Assembly (NCBI GenBank): GCA_965222895.1
Contig: CBDCVB010000002.1
Span: forward strand, 1,159,678-1,223,677
Direction: 5' to 3'
Source of the DNA: Dehalococcoidia bacterium
Lineage (GTDB): Bacteria; Chloroflexota; Dehalococcoidia; Lucifugimonadales; UBA3495
DNA: 64,000 bases
A program made the translations under genes and the position numbers. Shown one piece after another: positions 1 to 9,523 of this stretch. The notes under the pieces are model-generated. The model was given only the letters and a program-made list of their open reading frames with translations. It made no database searches and was not told the origin of the DNA. How positions within the stretch are numbered: the stretch's first letter is position 1; each line of letters starts with the position of its first letter.

Positions 1-965
1 TTCTCATCAACAAGTTTCGCGGCGACGTTTCCCTGCTGACCGACGGGTTGACCTGGCTGGAAGATTACACCGGCAAACCCGTGGTTGGCGTCGTCCACCA
101 CTTCCGAGACATCCACATACCGGAAGAAGATTCGGTTGCCCTGGACATTGCACCGCCCTCATCATCCGCCGCCGTGCTGGATGTGGCGGTGGTGCAGGTG
201 CCGCACATCTCCAACTTTGACGACTTCGACCCACTGGCGCGCGAGCCCGGAGTATCGCTGCGGTACGTGCAGCACGGCGACCGCCTCGGCCGGCCCGACC
301 TGGTGATTTTGCCGGGTAGCAAAACCACCATCCCCGATTTACTGTGGATGCAACAGCAGGGCTTATCCCAGGCCGTGGCCGGCGCCCACGCGGACGGCGC
401 AGCGGTGTTGGGCATCTGCGGTGGCTACCAGATGCTGGGCCAAACGATTCTGGATCCCGACCGAGTAGAGTCTGCCGTGGGCGCCGCCGATGGCCTCGGT
501 TTGCTGCCCCTTATAACCACCTTCGCCGGCACCAAGGAGACGCACCGGGTGCGGGCCACTGTCCTCCCGGAGGCGGCTGACTCGGGCGGCCTGCTCGCCG
601 GCGCCGCCGGGTTCGAGGTGGTTGGTTACGAAATCCACATGGGACGCACCGTCGGCGAGAACATCATCCCCGCCTTCTCGGTGCAAGACCGGGCCGACGC
701 TCCGGTAACCCCTGAATCGGCGTTGGACGGAGCCACCGACGCGTCCGGCCGTACACTGGGCACCTACATCCACGGGTTGTTCCACAACGCCGGCGTCCGT
801 CAGGCGTTGCTGCATGAATTGGCCCGGCGCAAGGGGGTTACCCTGCCGGAGGGCGCCGACGTGGGTCGCGACCGCGAGTACGACCGCCTGGCCGATTGGG
901 TTCGGGACAGTATTCAGATGGACCTGGTGTACCGGATGATGAACCTGTCCCAAACCGTGGCCTAG
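1..965 (+). CDS. cobQ: Cobyric acid synthase CobQ, C-terminal part (5' end lies outside window)
   Basis: Frame 3 is open from the window edge (LINKFRGD... precedes the listed Met at 48). Glutamine-amidotransferase-type motifs LPGSKTT, GICGGYQMLG and HGLFHN. Confidence 0.85.
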   Translation, partial: LINKFRGDVSLLTDGLTWLEDYTGKPVVGVVHHFRDIHIPEEDSVALDIAPPSSSAAVLDVAVVQVPHISNFDDFDPLAREPGVSLRYVQHGDRLGRPDLVILPGSKTTIPDLLWMQQQGLSQAVAGAHADGAAVLGICGGYQMLGQTILDPDRVESAVGAADGLGLLPLITTFAGTKETHRVRATVLPEAADSGGLLAGAAGFEVVGYEIHMGRTVGENIIPAFSVQDRADAPVTPESALDGATDASGRTLGTYIHGLFHNAGVRQALLHELARRKGVTLPEGADVGRDREYDRLADWVRDSIQMDLVYRMMNLSQTVA

Positions 966-982
966 GGTGGCTGTGACACCGG

Positions 983-1564
983 ATGAGCACCGTATTGTTA
1001 ATATTGGGGGGCATCCGATCCGGCAAAAGCGCCTACGCCGAGCAGGTCACTGAGCGAATGGCATACGGGAGAACGGTGCTGTACGTTGCCACCGGGGTAG
1101 CCGTGGATGACGAGATGGCCGAGCGGATTCGCCGGCACCAGGATCGCCGACCACCGCATTGGTTGACCCTGGAAGCCCCACTGAATCCAACCGGAGCCCT
1201 GCAATCGGCAATGACCCAAATGGGATCGGGGCCGGATGACCCGCCGGCGGCGTTGCTGCTGGACTCAGTGGATGCCTGGGTATCCAATCTGCTCTTTGAG
1301 CACGAAAACGCCGCGCCTGCCGAACTGGAAGCACGCTGCGCGGGAGCGGTGCGAAGGTTCGTCGCAGTGGTTCGGGAGCTGGACATCAACGCCGTTTTGG
1401 TCAGCAGTGAGGTGGGTAACTCGCTGGTTGCCACATCTGCGTTGGGGCGGCGTTTCCAGGACTTGCTGGGCGCCGTCAATCAGGCGGTGGCCGCCGCCGC
1501 TGACGCGGTAACGCTGGTGACGGCTGGCATCCCCGTAACTATCAAGACGGCTGCCACGGCCTGA
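983..1564 (+). CDS. cobU: Adenosylcobinamide kinase / adenosylcobinamide-phosphate guanylyltransferase (CobU/CobP)
   Basis: N-terminal P-loop LILGGIRSGKSAYAE, about 190 aa, 18 nt downstream of cobQ. Confidence 0.85.
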   Translation: MSTVLLILGGIRSGKSAYAEQVTERMAYGRTVLYVATGVAVDDEMAERIRRHQDRRPPHWLTLEAPLNPTGALQSAMTQMGSGPDDPPAALLLDSVDAWVSNLLFEHENAAPAELEARCAGAVRRFVAVVRELDINAVLVSSEVGNSLVATSALGRRFQDLLGAVNQAVAAAADAVTLVTAGIPVTIKTAATA

Positions 1565-1593
1565 TCAAGTCCCAGTCGGGGGCAGCGGCTTGG

Positions 1594-2598
1594 TTGGTCG
1601 CTGTGTCGTGTGCTAATCTGGCCGCCATGCGCGACGAACCCGCATCAACACCCGCCGAATTGCCCGGCCTCGCTGCCAGGCCCGTATTGGGAACGGCCAC
1701 CGTATTGGCCCCCGGCACCTGCGGCGAGTTGGTGCAGGGAATGACTGACGGGATCGATTTCCTGGTAACTTGCCCCATCAACCAGTTTTCGCGTGTGACT
1801 GTCACGCTGCGGGTTGACCCGATTGCGACGTCAGTGCGTTTTGTAACGCCGGGAAATTGCTACGCCAAGACAAACCTGGCAATCGCGGCGGCGCTGGCCG
1901 AAATTGAAGCCAAGACTGGAATCGCCCACCTTTCGGCTGAAATCTTGGTGGCCAATCCCATCCCGGTGGGCAAGGGGATGGGTAGCAGCAGCGCGGACAT
2001 TACCGCAGCTCTGGCCGCCGCTGGTGCCGCCGCCGGCGTTGCGATGCCGCCCGATACTATCGCCAGAATCGCCCTGTCCGTTGAACCCACCGACGCGGTG
2101 ATGTTTCCGGGCATCGCGCTCTTTGACCACCGCAACGGGCGCATCGCCGAATCACTCGGCCCGCCCCCTCCGATGGAGGCGATTGTTGTCGACCGGGGCG
2201 GACAGATGGACACCCTGGAATTCAACCGGGTGGACCGAACGGCCCAGTGGCAAGCAGTGGCTGATCAGACGGATGCCGCCCTGGAACTGGTGCGGGAGGG
2301 CATTGAGCGCAGCGACCCGGAGCTGGTGGGACGAGGCGCTACCATCAGCGCCCGCGCCGGGCATCCCGACGGCGCCGGCGAATGGATCGAACGGGCGGCG
2401 GAGTTTGCCGCCAGCGTGGGCGCTGCCGGTATCAACGTGGCCCACAGCGGCACCGTAATCGGCATCCTGCTCGACGCCCGCAAACGCCACAGCAAGCCCG
2501 TGTACCGCCGCGCCCGGGCAGCCTTCCCCGACGCCGAGAGCGTCCGTCACTTCCGAATCATAGGTGGCGGAGTGCGAGGTGGAGGAATGCGAAGATAA
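1594..2598 (+). CDS. pduX: GHMP-family kinase, PduX-like L-threonine kinase. Start codon uncertain.
   Basis: GTCGELVQG near the N-terminus and GHMP motif PIPVGKGMGSSSADITAA. Position in a cobalamin gene string. Confidence 0.6.
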   Translation: MVAVSCANLAAMRDEPASTPAELPGLAARPVLGTATVLAPGTCGELVQGMTDGIDFLVTCPINQFSRVTVTLRVDPIATSVRFVTPGNCYAKTNLAIAAALAEIEAKTGIAHLSAEILVANPIPVGKGMGSSSADITAALAAAGAAAGVAMPPDTIARIALSVEPTDAVMFPGIALFDHRNGRIAESLGPPPPMEAIVVDRGGQMDTLEFNRVDRTAQWQAVADQTDAALELVREGIERSDPELVGRGATISARAGHPDGAGEWIERAAEFAASVGAAGINVAHSGTVIGILLDARKRHSKPVYRRARAAFPDAESVRHFRIIGGGVRGGGMRR

Positions 2599-2646
2599 AC
2601 GCGCCGGCTTCGCCGGCCACTGATTTGGGGATGCTACGCCGCAAAC

Positions 2647-3504
2647 TCACCTCTGCATCCGCCGTCCGTGAAACAAATATTGCTGCGAATACCCGGCGTA
2701 CTGGCCGAAGTATCCCTGGGCCCATTCCACCATTGCCTTGTCGGGCGGTTTCTTCTGCATCGGGAAATACCACTCGGCCAGCGCACGCCGCACCCACACG
2801 TCCACCGGGAACGCTTCCAGTTTTTCCAGTGAAAATACGGCGATGCAGTCAGCGATTTTGGCTCCGATGCCGCGACATCCCATCAACCGTTCCTTGGTTT
2901 CACCGTAGGGCAACCTGGTCAGTTCATCCAGATCCAGGGCCCCGGCCCGCACCATGTTGGCGGCGGCAATCACATAAGGAGCGCGAAATCCCAGACCCAA
3001 CTCCCGGAGCAACCCCTCGCCGGCCTGCGCCAACTCGTCCGGTGAGGGGAACGTGTGGCGCACTTCACCCGCCAGCTTGACCGGTGCGCCCAGGCTGTCG
3101 GCCATCGCCTCCATGTTCTGATGGATGCGGGGGATGTTGGAGGTGGCGGAGCAGATGAAAGCTACCGTGCATTCCCAAGGTTCCTGACGCAAAATGCGCA
3201 GTCCGGGGTAGCGCTCCACCATGCTGGCCACTCTCCGGTCGGTGCAAATGTCGGCGTAAATGGCGTCGATGGGGTCATCCAGGCGGAAATACGACCACAA
3301 CGCTGGGCTCAGGTCGGCGTCGTCTGCTCCCCCTGATGCCTTGGCAACCGTGTACTCGACCCCGCCATCCTGTTGGCGGATGTGTACCAGGTGGCTGCCC
3401 AGGACGCCGGAATACCAACCGTCGCCCAGCTTTTTCCAGCGGTGCGCTTGCCCGCTTTCCAGGCTGCCCGCCAGATCGAAGGGCTGATTAACGGCGAGCT
3501 GCAC
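2647..3504 (-). CDS. HhH-GPD DNA glycosylase (8-oxoguanine glycosylase / AlkA-like)
   Basis: N-terminal GQAHRW-type motif and helix-hairpin-helix GCRGIGAKIADCIAVFSL. Confidence 0.75.
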   Translation of the reverse strand: MQLAVNQPFDLAGSLESGQAHRWKKLGDGWYSGVLGSHLVHIRQQDGGVEYTVAKASGGADDADLSPALWSYFRLDDPIDAIYADICTDRRVASMVERYPGLRILRQEPWECTVAFICSATSNIPRIHQNMEAMADSLGAPVKLAGEVRHTFPSPDELAQAGEGLLRELGLGFRAPYVIAAANMVRAGALDLDELTRLPYGETKERLMGCRGIGAKIADCIAVFSLEKLEAFPVDVWVRRALAEWYFPMQKKPPDKAMVEWAQGYFGQYAGYSQQYLFHGRRMQR

Positions 3505-6343
3505 GGTCCAACTGCAACCAGCGGGCGGCCTGCTGTCCCACCGTGGCCAGGCTTGAGCGCTCGAACGTACAGGTTGGCAGCGCGTTCAGGAAACGGTCAC
3601 CGTAGTTGGCGGTTTGAATGCGCCGGTCCAGAATCACCACTGCGCCACGGTCCATCTTGTTGCGGATGAGCCGTCCGAAACCCTGACGGAACCGCAGGAC
3701 GGCGGTGGGAACCTGAAAGTCGTTGAAGGGGTTGTTGCACAGATTGCTCCGTGCCTTGACGATGGGATCGCTGGGCACCGGGAAGGGCAGCCGGCAGAGC
3801 AGCAGGCCCCGCAGGATGCCGGGTTCCATGTCCACGCCTTCCCAGAAACTGGCGGTGCCCAACAGCACTGACCCGGGTTCGGCCCGCAGCCGGTCGGTCA
3901 GTTGTCGCGGTGTGCCGTCAATTCCCTGAGCCAACAGCGGGATACCCTCAGCCCGCAGCAATCCGCGAATCTGGTACGAAGTTTCCCGCAACGCCGCATG
4001 AGACGTAAACAAAGCCATCACGTGCCCGTCCAGCGCTTTTGCCATGTTCACGACCACCTGCGCCGTGCCGCGGTTATGGTCGGCAGACCGGCGTGGGTCG
4101 GGCAGGTCTTCGGGCACCATGAGCAGGGTGTTGCGTTCGTAGTTGAACGGGCTGTCCACCAGCAGTTCGTCGCTGTCGTTGGGGAATCCGACGCGCTGGC
4201 GCAGGAAATCGAAACTGGAATCCGCCGCCAGAGTGGCGCTGGTCAACACGACGGATTCCTTCTGCGTGAACAACCGGTCGCTCAATATTGGCCCCACCGC
4301 CAGCGGCGTGGAATGCAGCATGACGTTGCGGCGGACGATGTCCAGCCACTGAATCTGCTCCTGGTCGTAGCGGCCGAATACCGAAGCCAGGGAATCGGAA
4401 ATCTGGACAATGGCATCAATGCTGCTGACCAGTTCTGACGTGGCCGATTCGTCGGGCTTTTTGAAGACGTCCTGCGATGCCAGCCGTTCCAGGTCCTGCA
4501 ATGATTTGACGCACTCGTTGACGAACGCCGCCGCCGACTCCCATTCAATCGCCACCGTGCCCCATTCACGGGACTGACGCACCTTATCATCGAGGGTCAA
4601 CGGTTCCCGGTCGTTGTCCGACTGCCCGATAGCACCCCGATACAGCGCGGTAATAGCGTCCCAGAGCCGTTCCCAGGCCTGAGCTGCCGCATTGCTGGCT
4701 GCGGAGGCGTTGGATACCGCATCGCTGGCCCGGGACGCGTTTGGGTCGCCCTGGAGCTGGTGCGCCGCCGCCGTGAGTCGTCCGATAATCCGGTACACGC
4801 CTTCCAGTTCACGCGGCAACGCGTCCTGGGGAATCTCAAAACCCAATTGCCGGCTGGCCTCTTCTTCCAAATGGTGAGCTTCGTCGATAACCAACCGTTG
4901 GTAGTCCTGCAAGACGGTGCCGCCCACGGCGAGGTCAGCCAGCAGCAGGGCGTGGTTAATCACCAGGATGTGGGCGGATTCGGCGTGCTGGCGAGCCTGC
5001 CGCAGGAAACACGGCCCACTGCCCCGGAAGGCAGGGCAAACCTCGCCGGTGTCGGCGCAGATGCGCGACCAGGCCCGAAAATCGCTGGCATTCAGGTTCA
5101 GGTTAGTGCGGTCGCCGCTGACGGTATCGTCCAGCCACACGGCGGTTTTGCCGATAACCCGGGCTTCGTCTTCGCTCAACGTGTCCGACACACCCAGGTT
5201 GTTCCAGCGGTGCAGGCATACGTAGTTGGAGCGGCCCTTCAGTTGCGCGGCCTTGACCACACCGGGATGCAGGATGCCGGCGTCTTCCAGAATGCCGATG
5301 ACGGCCGGAATGTCCTTTTCCATCAGTTGTTCTTGCAGGTTGATGGTGTTGGTCGACACGACGACCCGCTGCCCGTGAGATGCCGCGTACAGCACCGCCG
5401 GCAGCAGGTAGGCGATGCTTTTGCCGATGCCGGTGCCACCCTCCACGATTAGCTTGCGTCCCTGATAAATGGCGCGGGTAACGGCTTTCAGCATCTCGGC
5501 CTGCTGAGGGCGGTCCTCGAAGCCGGGGAACGCCTGGGCGAATATGCCGTGGGGCGCCAGCAGCTCTTCCACCTGTTGCTCGGTGAGTTCACGCCGGATG
5601 GCTACGCCCAGCTGCTCCCCCGCACCATCAGACAGCCGGTTGGACAAGCTCTCCAGGTTCAACCCGTTCAGGCCAACGGCGCCGGCCTGTTCCGAATGCC
5701 CGATGGCCGAGTTTGCGCCCACCGCGTGGGGAATCAACCCTTCCAGCAAGTCCGCCACGGCAGCGTCGGCGGTGCGTGCCGCCCGCGCGATGAACGCGAC
5801 CTTGGCTGCCGGGTATCCGCTGCCGACTTCCAGCAGCCGGTGAAACACGGCCGCGGTAACCTCGGCGTCGGCGCTGGCCCGGTGCGCCTGGTCGTGGGTA
5901 AGGCCCAGATATTGCGCCAGCGCGGACAGGTTGTATTCGGGCGCGTCGGGCAGGAAAATCGACGCCAGATCCCAGGTGTTATAGGTCTTGTTGCTCAGTT
6001 CCAGCCGGTGCGATTTCAGGAAATCAATATCAAATTTGACGTTGTGCCCGATGATTGGCAGGTCACCGACGAACTCGGCGACCTGGCCGGCGATTTGGGC
6101 AAAGGATGGGGCCCGTTCCAGATGAGACGGGTTGATGGAAGTGAGTTGCTGGATGAATTGCGGAATCTTGCGGCCTGGGTTAACGAAGGTTTGGTAACGG
6201 CCCAGCACCTCACTGCCGCGAAACTTGACGGCGCCCACCTCGATGATGGTGTCGGCATGGGGATTCAATCCGGTGGTTTCCAGGTCTATGGAAACGAACA
6301 CCTGCTGGAAGGGGTCTGGTTGTCGAAAACCTGCTTGTGTCAT
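3488..6343 (-). CDS. dinG: DinG-family ATP-dependent helicase fused to an N-terminal DnaQ-like 3'-5' exonuclease
   Basis: Exo motif FVSIDLETTGLNP, helicase Walker A EGGTGIGKS, DEAH box (VIDEAHHL) and a Cys cluster in the Fe-S region. Confidence 0.85.
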   Translation of the reverse strand: MTQAGFRQPDPFQQVFVSIDLETTGLNPHADTIIEVGAVKFRGSEVLGRYQTFVNPGRKIPQFIQQLTSINPSHLERAPSFAQIAGQVAEFVGDLPIIGHNVKFDIDFLKSHRLELSNKTYNTWDLASIFLPDAPEYNLSALAQYLGLTHDQAHRASADAEVTAAVFHRLLEVGSGYPAAKVAFIARAARTADAAVADLLEGLIPHAVGANSAIGHSEQAGAVGLNGLNLESLSNRLSDGAGEQLGVAIRRELTEQQVEELLAPHGIFAQAFPGFEDRPQQAEMLKAVTRAIYQGRKLIVEGGTGIGKSIAYLLPAVLYAASHGQRVVVSTNTINLQEQLMEKDIPAVIGILEDAGILHPGVVKAAQLKGRSNYVCLHRWNNLGVSDTLSEDEARVIGKTAVWLDDTVSGDRTNLNLNASDFRAWSRICADTGEVCPAFRGSGPCFLRQARQHAESAHILVINHALLLADLAVGGTVLQDYQRLVIDEAHHLEEEASRQLGFEIPQDALPRELEGVYRIIGRLTAAAHQLQGDPNASRASDAVSNASAASNAAAQAWERLWDAITALYRGAIGQSDNDREPLTLDDKVRQSREWGTVAIEWESAAAFVNECVKSLQDLERLASQDVFKKPDESATSELVSSIDAIVQISDSLASVFGRYDQEQIQWLDIVRRNVMLHSTPLAVGPILSDRLFTQKESVVLTSATLAADSSFDFLRQRVGFPNDSDELLVDSPFNYERNTLLMVPEDLPDPRRSADHNRGTAQVVVNMAKALDGHVMALFTSHAALRETSYQIRGLLRAEGIPLLAQGIDGTPRQLTDRLRAEPGSVLLGTASFWEGVDMEPGILRGLLLCRLPFPVPSDPIVKARSNLCNNPFNDFQVPTAVLRFRQGFGRLIRNKMDRGAVVILDRRIQTANYGDRFLNALPTCTFERSSLATVGQQAARWLQLDRAARR

Positions 6344-6446
6344 CTGTCCTTACCGATGCCCGCTGGAGTGTTCGCCGGAATCTTCGGTGGTGTGAGCGCT
6401 CACGGCGCGCCGGGCCACCGCCGCATCCGCCTTTGGTGATTTCGCC

Positions 6447-7154
6447 CTAACTCCGGGCGCGCAAATTGTAGGGTCGCGGGTCGCCCTGCCGCAATCCTGC
6501 AACGGGATGGAAGTCGCCCCGGTGCAGGGCAGTCAGGAACTGGGCCTCGTCAAATATCTCATCGGGGAATTCGGTTACGAATCGGCCCAACCCGTGGGTG
6601 CTATGGGCGTCGCTGCCGCCGGTTACCGGCAGGTTCAGCCGATGCGCCACCTCTGCGGCGAACCGGTTTTCGTCGTCGGATGTTCCGCCATTGGCAATCT
6701 CAACGGCATCGGCCAGCTGAAACACCCGGTGCTTCATCGCTTCCTCTGCTTCGGTCGGGATCGGTTCGGCTGGGTCTGGGTACAGGTACGGGCGGGTGCG
6801 GTGGTGCTGGCCCAGCACTCCCCGGAAGGGATGCGCCGACACCACGAACCCGCCGGCGCTGTGGGCGGCTTTGCTCAACTCTTCGGCGTGGTGAAATCCG
6901 CTCTGGTAGCGGTCAACGCCAAACGCCAGGATGTGGCCCATGTCGGTGTCGGCTTCCATCGCCCGGATTAGCACCACGTTGTGCCGGGCGGCGAAAGCGG
7001 CAAATTCGTGGCGATCCCACGGCCCGGTGTGCTCCGTAATACAAAGGCCGCGCAGGCCAAGCCGCTCTGCCTCCAATATGAGGTCGTCCGGCGAAAGGCT
7101 CGAATCGGCGCTTCCCTTGGTCGTGTGTATGTGCAGGTCAAAAAGGCGGGCCAT
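6447..7154 (-). CDS. PHP-domain metal-dependent phosphoesterase
   Basis: N-terminal DLHIHTTKGSADS and C-terminal GGSDAHS His/Asp motifs typical of the PHP fold. Confidence 0.7.
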   Translation of the reverse strand: MARLFDLHIHTTKGSADSSLSPDDLILEAERLGLRGLCITEHTGPWDRHEFAAFAARHNVVLIRAMEADTDMGHILAFGVDRYQSGFHHAEELSKAAHSAGGFVVSAHPFRGVLGQHHRTRPYLYPDPAEPIPTEAEEAMKHRVFQLADAVEIANGGTSDDENRFAAEVAHRLNLPVTGGSDAHSTHGLGRFVTEFPDEIFDEAQFLTALHRGDFHPVAGLRQGDPRPYNLRARS

Positions 7155-7211
7155 AGACTCTACCAGTCTAGTCGCACCACCCCCAAAGCGTCAACGACGT
7201 AACGTCACTAG

Positions 7212-8052
7212 GGGGTGTCGTCAAAATGGCGGCAGGGTGGTAAATTACTGGAAATGGGGAGAGTGTGGGAGGTGGGGGTATGACGGCAGCGCACCGGCGC
7301 CACGATATGACCGATGACGTTTGGGAGCGGTTGAGGCCGCATTTGCCCGGGGGAGCGGGCAAGAGAGGCCGACCGGCCCAGGACAACCGGCGGTTTATCG
7401 ACGCCGTGTGCTGGATACTGCGCACCGGCGCGCCTTGGCGCGATTTGCCCCCGGACTACGGAGACTGGAAGAACACCCACCGCCGCTGCTGCCGCTGGCG
7501 GGACCGGGGCGTGTGGGCCGGACTGTTGGAGGCAGTGATTGATGACCCTGATTTCGAGTGGCTGATGATAGACGCCAGCTATATCAAGGCCCATCCCCAC
7601 AGCGCCGGCGCCCAGGGCGGAAATCAGTCCATTGCCCGCACCAAAGGGGGCTGAACAGCAAGCTGCACCGGGCGGTGGACGCCCACGGAATGCCGGTAAG
7701 GCTGGCGGTGACCGAGGGTACGGTTGCCGACTGCTCCCAGGCGTTGCCCCTGATTGAGGGCATAGCAGCGGAGTGCCTGCTGGCGGACAAAGCCGATGAC
7801 ACCAATGAAATCATAGCCACCGTCCGGGAATTGGGAATGGACCCGGTGATACCGCCCAAAAGCAACCGGAGAGAAAAACGGGACTATGACCGGGCGCTGT
7901 ACCAGCTGCGGCGCCTGGTGGAGAACGGATTCCTGGAATTCAAGCAGTGGCGCGGAGTGGCAACCCGGTATGCCAAAAAGACGGCGTCATACTTGGCGGC
8001 CTGCCAACTCCGCGCAGTGATGATCTGGAGCAAACTCTTTTGACGACACCCC
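7212..8052 (+). mobile_element. IS5-family insertion sequence (two-ORF frameshift type), copy 1
   Basis: Terminal inverted repeats ggggtgtcgtcaaaa / ttttgacgacacccc, flanked by CTAG on both sides (7208-7211, 8053-8056). 841 bp, the same length as copies 2 and 3. Confidence 0.9.
7265..8043 (+). CDS. IS5-family transposase OrfAB, probable -1 frameshift at aaaggggg (7643-7650)
   Basis: OrfA (7265-7654) and OrfB (7558-8043) overlap. Fusing them at A-AAG-GGG gives the contiguous sequence ...IARTKGGLNSKLH... The C-terminus has the RYDK-like motif (ATRYAKK) of DDE IS5 transposases. Confidence 0.85.
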
Positions 8053-8056
8053 CTAG

Positions 8057-9520
8057 TACTACAACGACGGGTTTAGGATGGCGGCTCCATCCTGCCTTCA
8101 CGGCGGGCGGAGCGGCGTCTCTGGTGGGAGCGGCGCGCCCGCTCGTTGCGTAGCTGCGTATCCTCCAGCCACCGCAGCAACTCCTCTGGCCCGAACCGTT
8201 CCCGGGGCAGCATCTCCCGAACCACCCGGCACACTTGGGGACGGGTGATCCGAGGCATCTTTTTCCCCCCAAGCCTGCTGCAGGCCCAGCAGGAAAGCTC
8301 CACCCAGCAGGCACATGGCTATGTGGTGATGCCAGCCAGCCCAACTGCGGGTCTCGTATTCGTCCAGGCCCACGTCGCCCTTCTCCGTCTCGAACTCCGT
8401 TTCAATGGGCCACCTGGAACCGCCCACGTAGGCCAGGGTCTCCAGGGGAGTATCCTCGGCAGCGTTGGACAGGTAGTAGCGGGGTTCGCTGCCGTCCAGG
8501 TTCCGGCGGTAGACGGCCCATGCCTCCTGGCCCGGCTTGCCCTTTCGGGTTACCCGCACCCGCTGGGCGCAGAACATATAGCTCCGCGGCCCCTGGCTTC
8601 CCTGGGCCACCGTTATCTCCCGCCAGGCCTCATCCGGCAACTGGTCACTGCGTTGCTCCATGGTACGACGCTGCCCGTCCCTGAGCCTGGGCTTGCGGGG
8701 GCGCCCGGACCCCTGAGCCCCCGGACTGGTCCAGGCCGACTCCCACGCAGGCTCCAGGGGCCAGACCGGAGTGCTGCCCGGAACGTCCAGCACGTAGCGC
8801 ATCCCCAGGGCCGCCAGGGACTCCCGAAAGGACGGCGACATCCCGAAGGCGTCGTCCCCGGCCACCCATCCGGCCTTGAGGTGGCCCAGCTCCAGGGCCC
8901 GCTCCAGCAGTTCCAGGGCCAACTCCGTCTTCGACCGGTAGCTCCGCCGCTCCTCGGGCACCGCCGCCGCCGCACAGCGGCCCTGATCCGAGGTCCAACT
9001 CTCCGGCAGATACAGCCCTTTGTCCACCAATGCCCGTCCCAGCGGGCTGACGTAGGCCAGGAACATCCCACCCTGGCAGTTGGCCACCTTGCCCAGCCGG
9101 CCGCAGTACTGCCGGGCTACCCCCACGGACTTCCTCCCCTGCTTGGGAAAGTCGCTGCCGTCCAACACCCACACCGCCTCGGGGTGCCCCAGCCTGGGGG
9201 CCAGGTATTCCTGCAGCCGCCCGATCACTGTCGCATCGGACCACCGGGCCTCGGTCAGAAAACGCTGCATCGCCCGGGCCGAGATGCCCACCGATTCCGA
9301 CAGGTTCTCGGCGTTGCGCCGCTCCCCAGCCTGCACCAGCAGCCCCTGAAGATAGTTTCGGCTGTGCTCCCGCCACTGCTTGCGGCCGAAGGAGGCCGCA
9401 AAGAAGGCGTGAAATTCCTGAAAGCACTCGTAGACCCGCTTGAAGCTCGCCGCATCCATCACCCAAACCACCCACTATCATCTTGACAACTATCCTACCA
9501 AACAACCCGTCGTTGTAGTA
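8057..9520 (-). mobile_element. IS701-family insertion sequence, copy 1
   Basis: Perfect 15-bp inverted repeats tactacaacgacggg / cccgtcgttgtagta, flanked by CTAG (8053-8056, 9521-9524). 1464 bp, identical length in three copies. Confidence 0.9.
8098..9471 (-). CDS. IS701-family DDE transposase (457 aa)
   Basis: N-terminal FxxFHxxF...RxxxxxYLxGLL signature of IS701-like transposases. The translated protein is identical in all three copies. Confidence 0.85.
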   Translation of the reverse strand: MVWVMDAASFKRVYECFQEFHAFFAASFGRKQWREHSRNYLQGLLVQAGERRNAENLSESVGISARAMQRFLTEARWSDATVIGRLQEYLAPRLGHPEAVWVLDGSDFPKQGRKSVGVARQYCGRLGKVANCQGGMFLAYVSPLGRALVDKGLYLPESWTSDQGRCAAAAVPEERRSYRSKTELALELLERALELGHLKAGWVAGDDAFGMSPSFRESLAALGMRYVLDVPGSTPVWPLEPAWESAWTSPGAQGSGRPRKPRLRDGQRRTMEQRSDQLPDEAWREITVAQGSQGPRSYMFCAQRVRVTRKGKPGQEAWAVYRRNLDGSEPRYYLSNAAEDTPLETLAYVGGSRWPIETEFETEKGDVGLDEYETRSWAGWHHHIAMCLLGGAFLLGLQQAWGEKDASDHPSPSVPGGSGDAAPGTVRARGVAAVAGGYAATQRAGAPLPPETPLRPP

Positions 9521-9523
9521 CTA

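Noticed and set aside
8146-9486. 446-aa ORF on the strand opposite the IS701 transposase (also present at 35900-37240 and 42817-44157), plus other long antisense ORFs such as 8645-9505
   Set aside because: These are shadow ORFs typical of high-GC DNA. Their composition is low-complexity and Pro/Gly/Arg-rich, and the opposite strand encodes a recognisable transposase.
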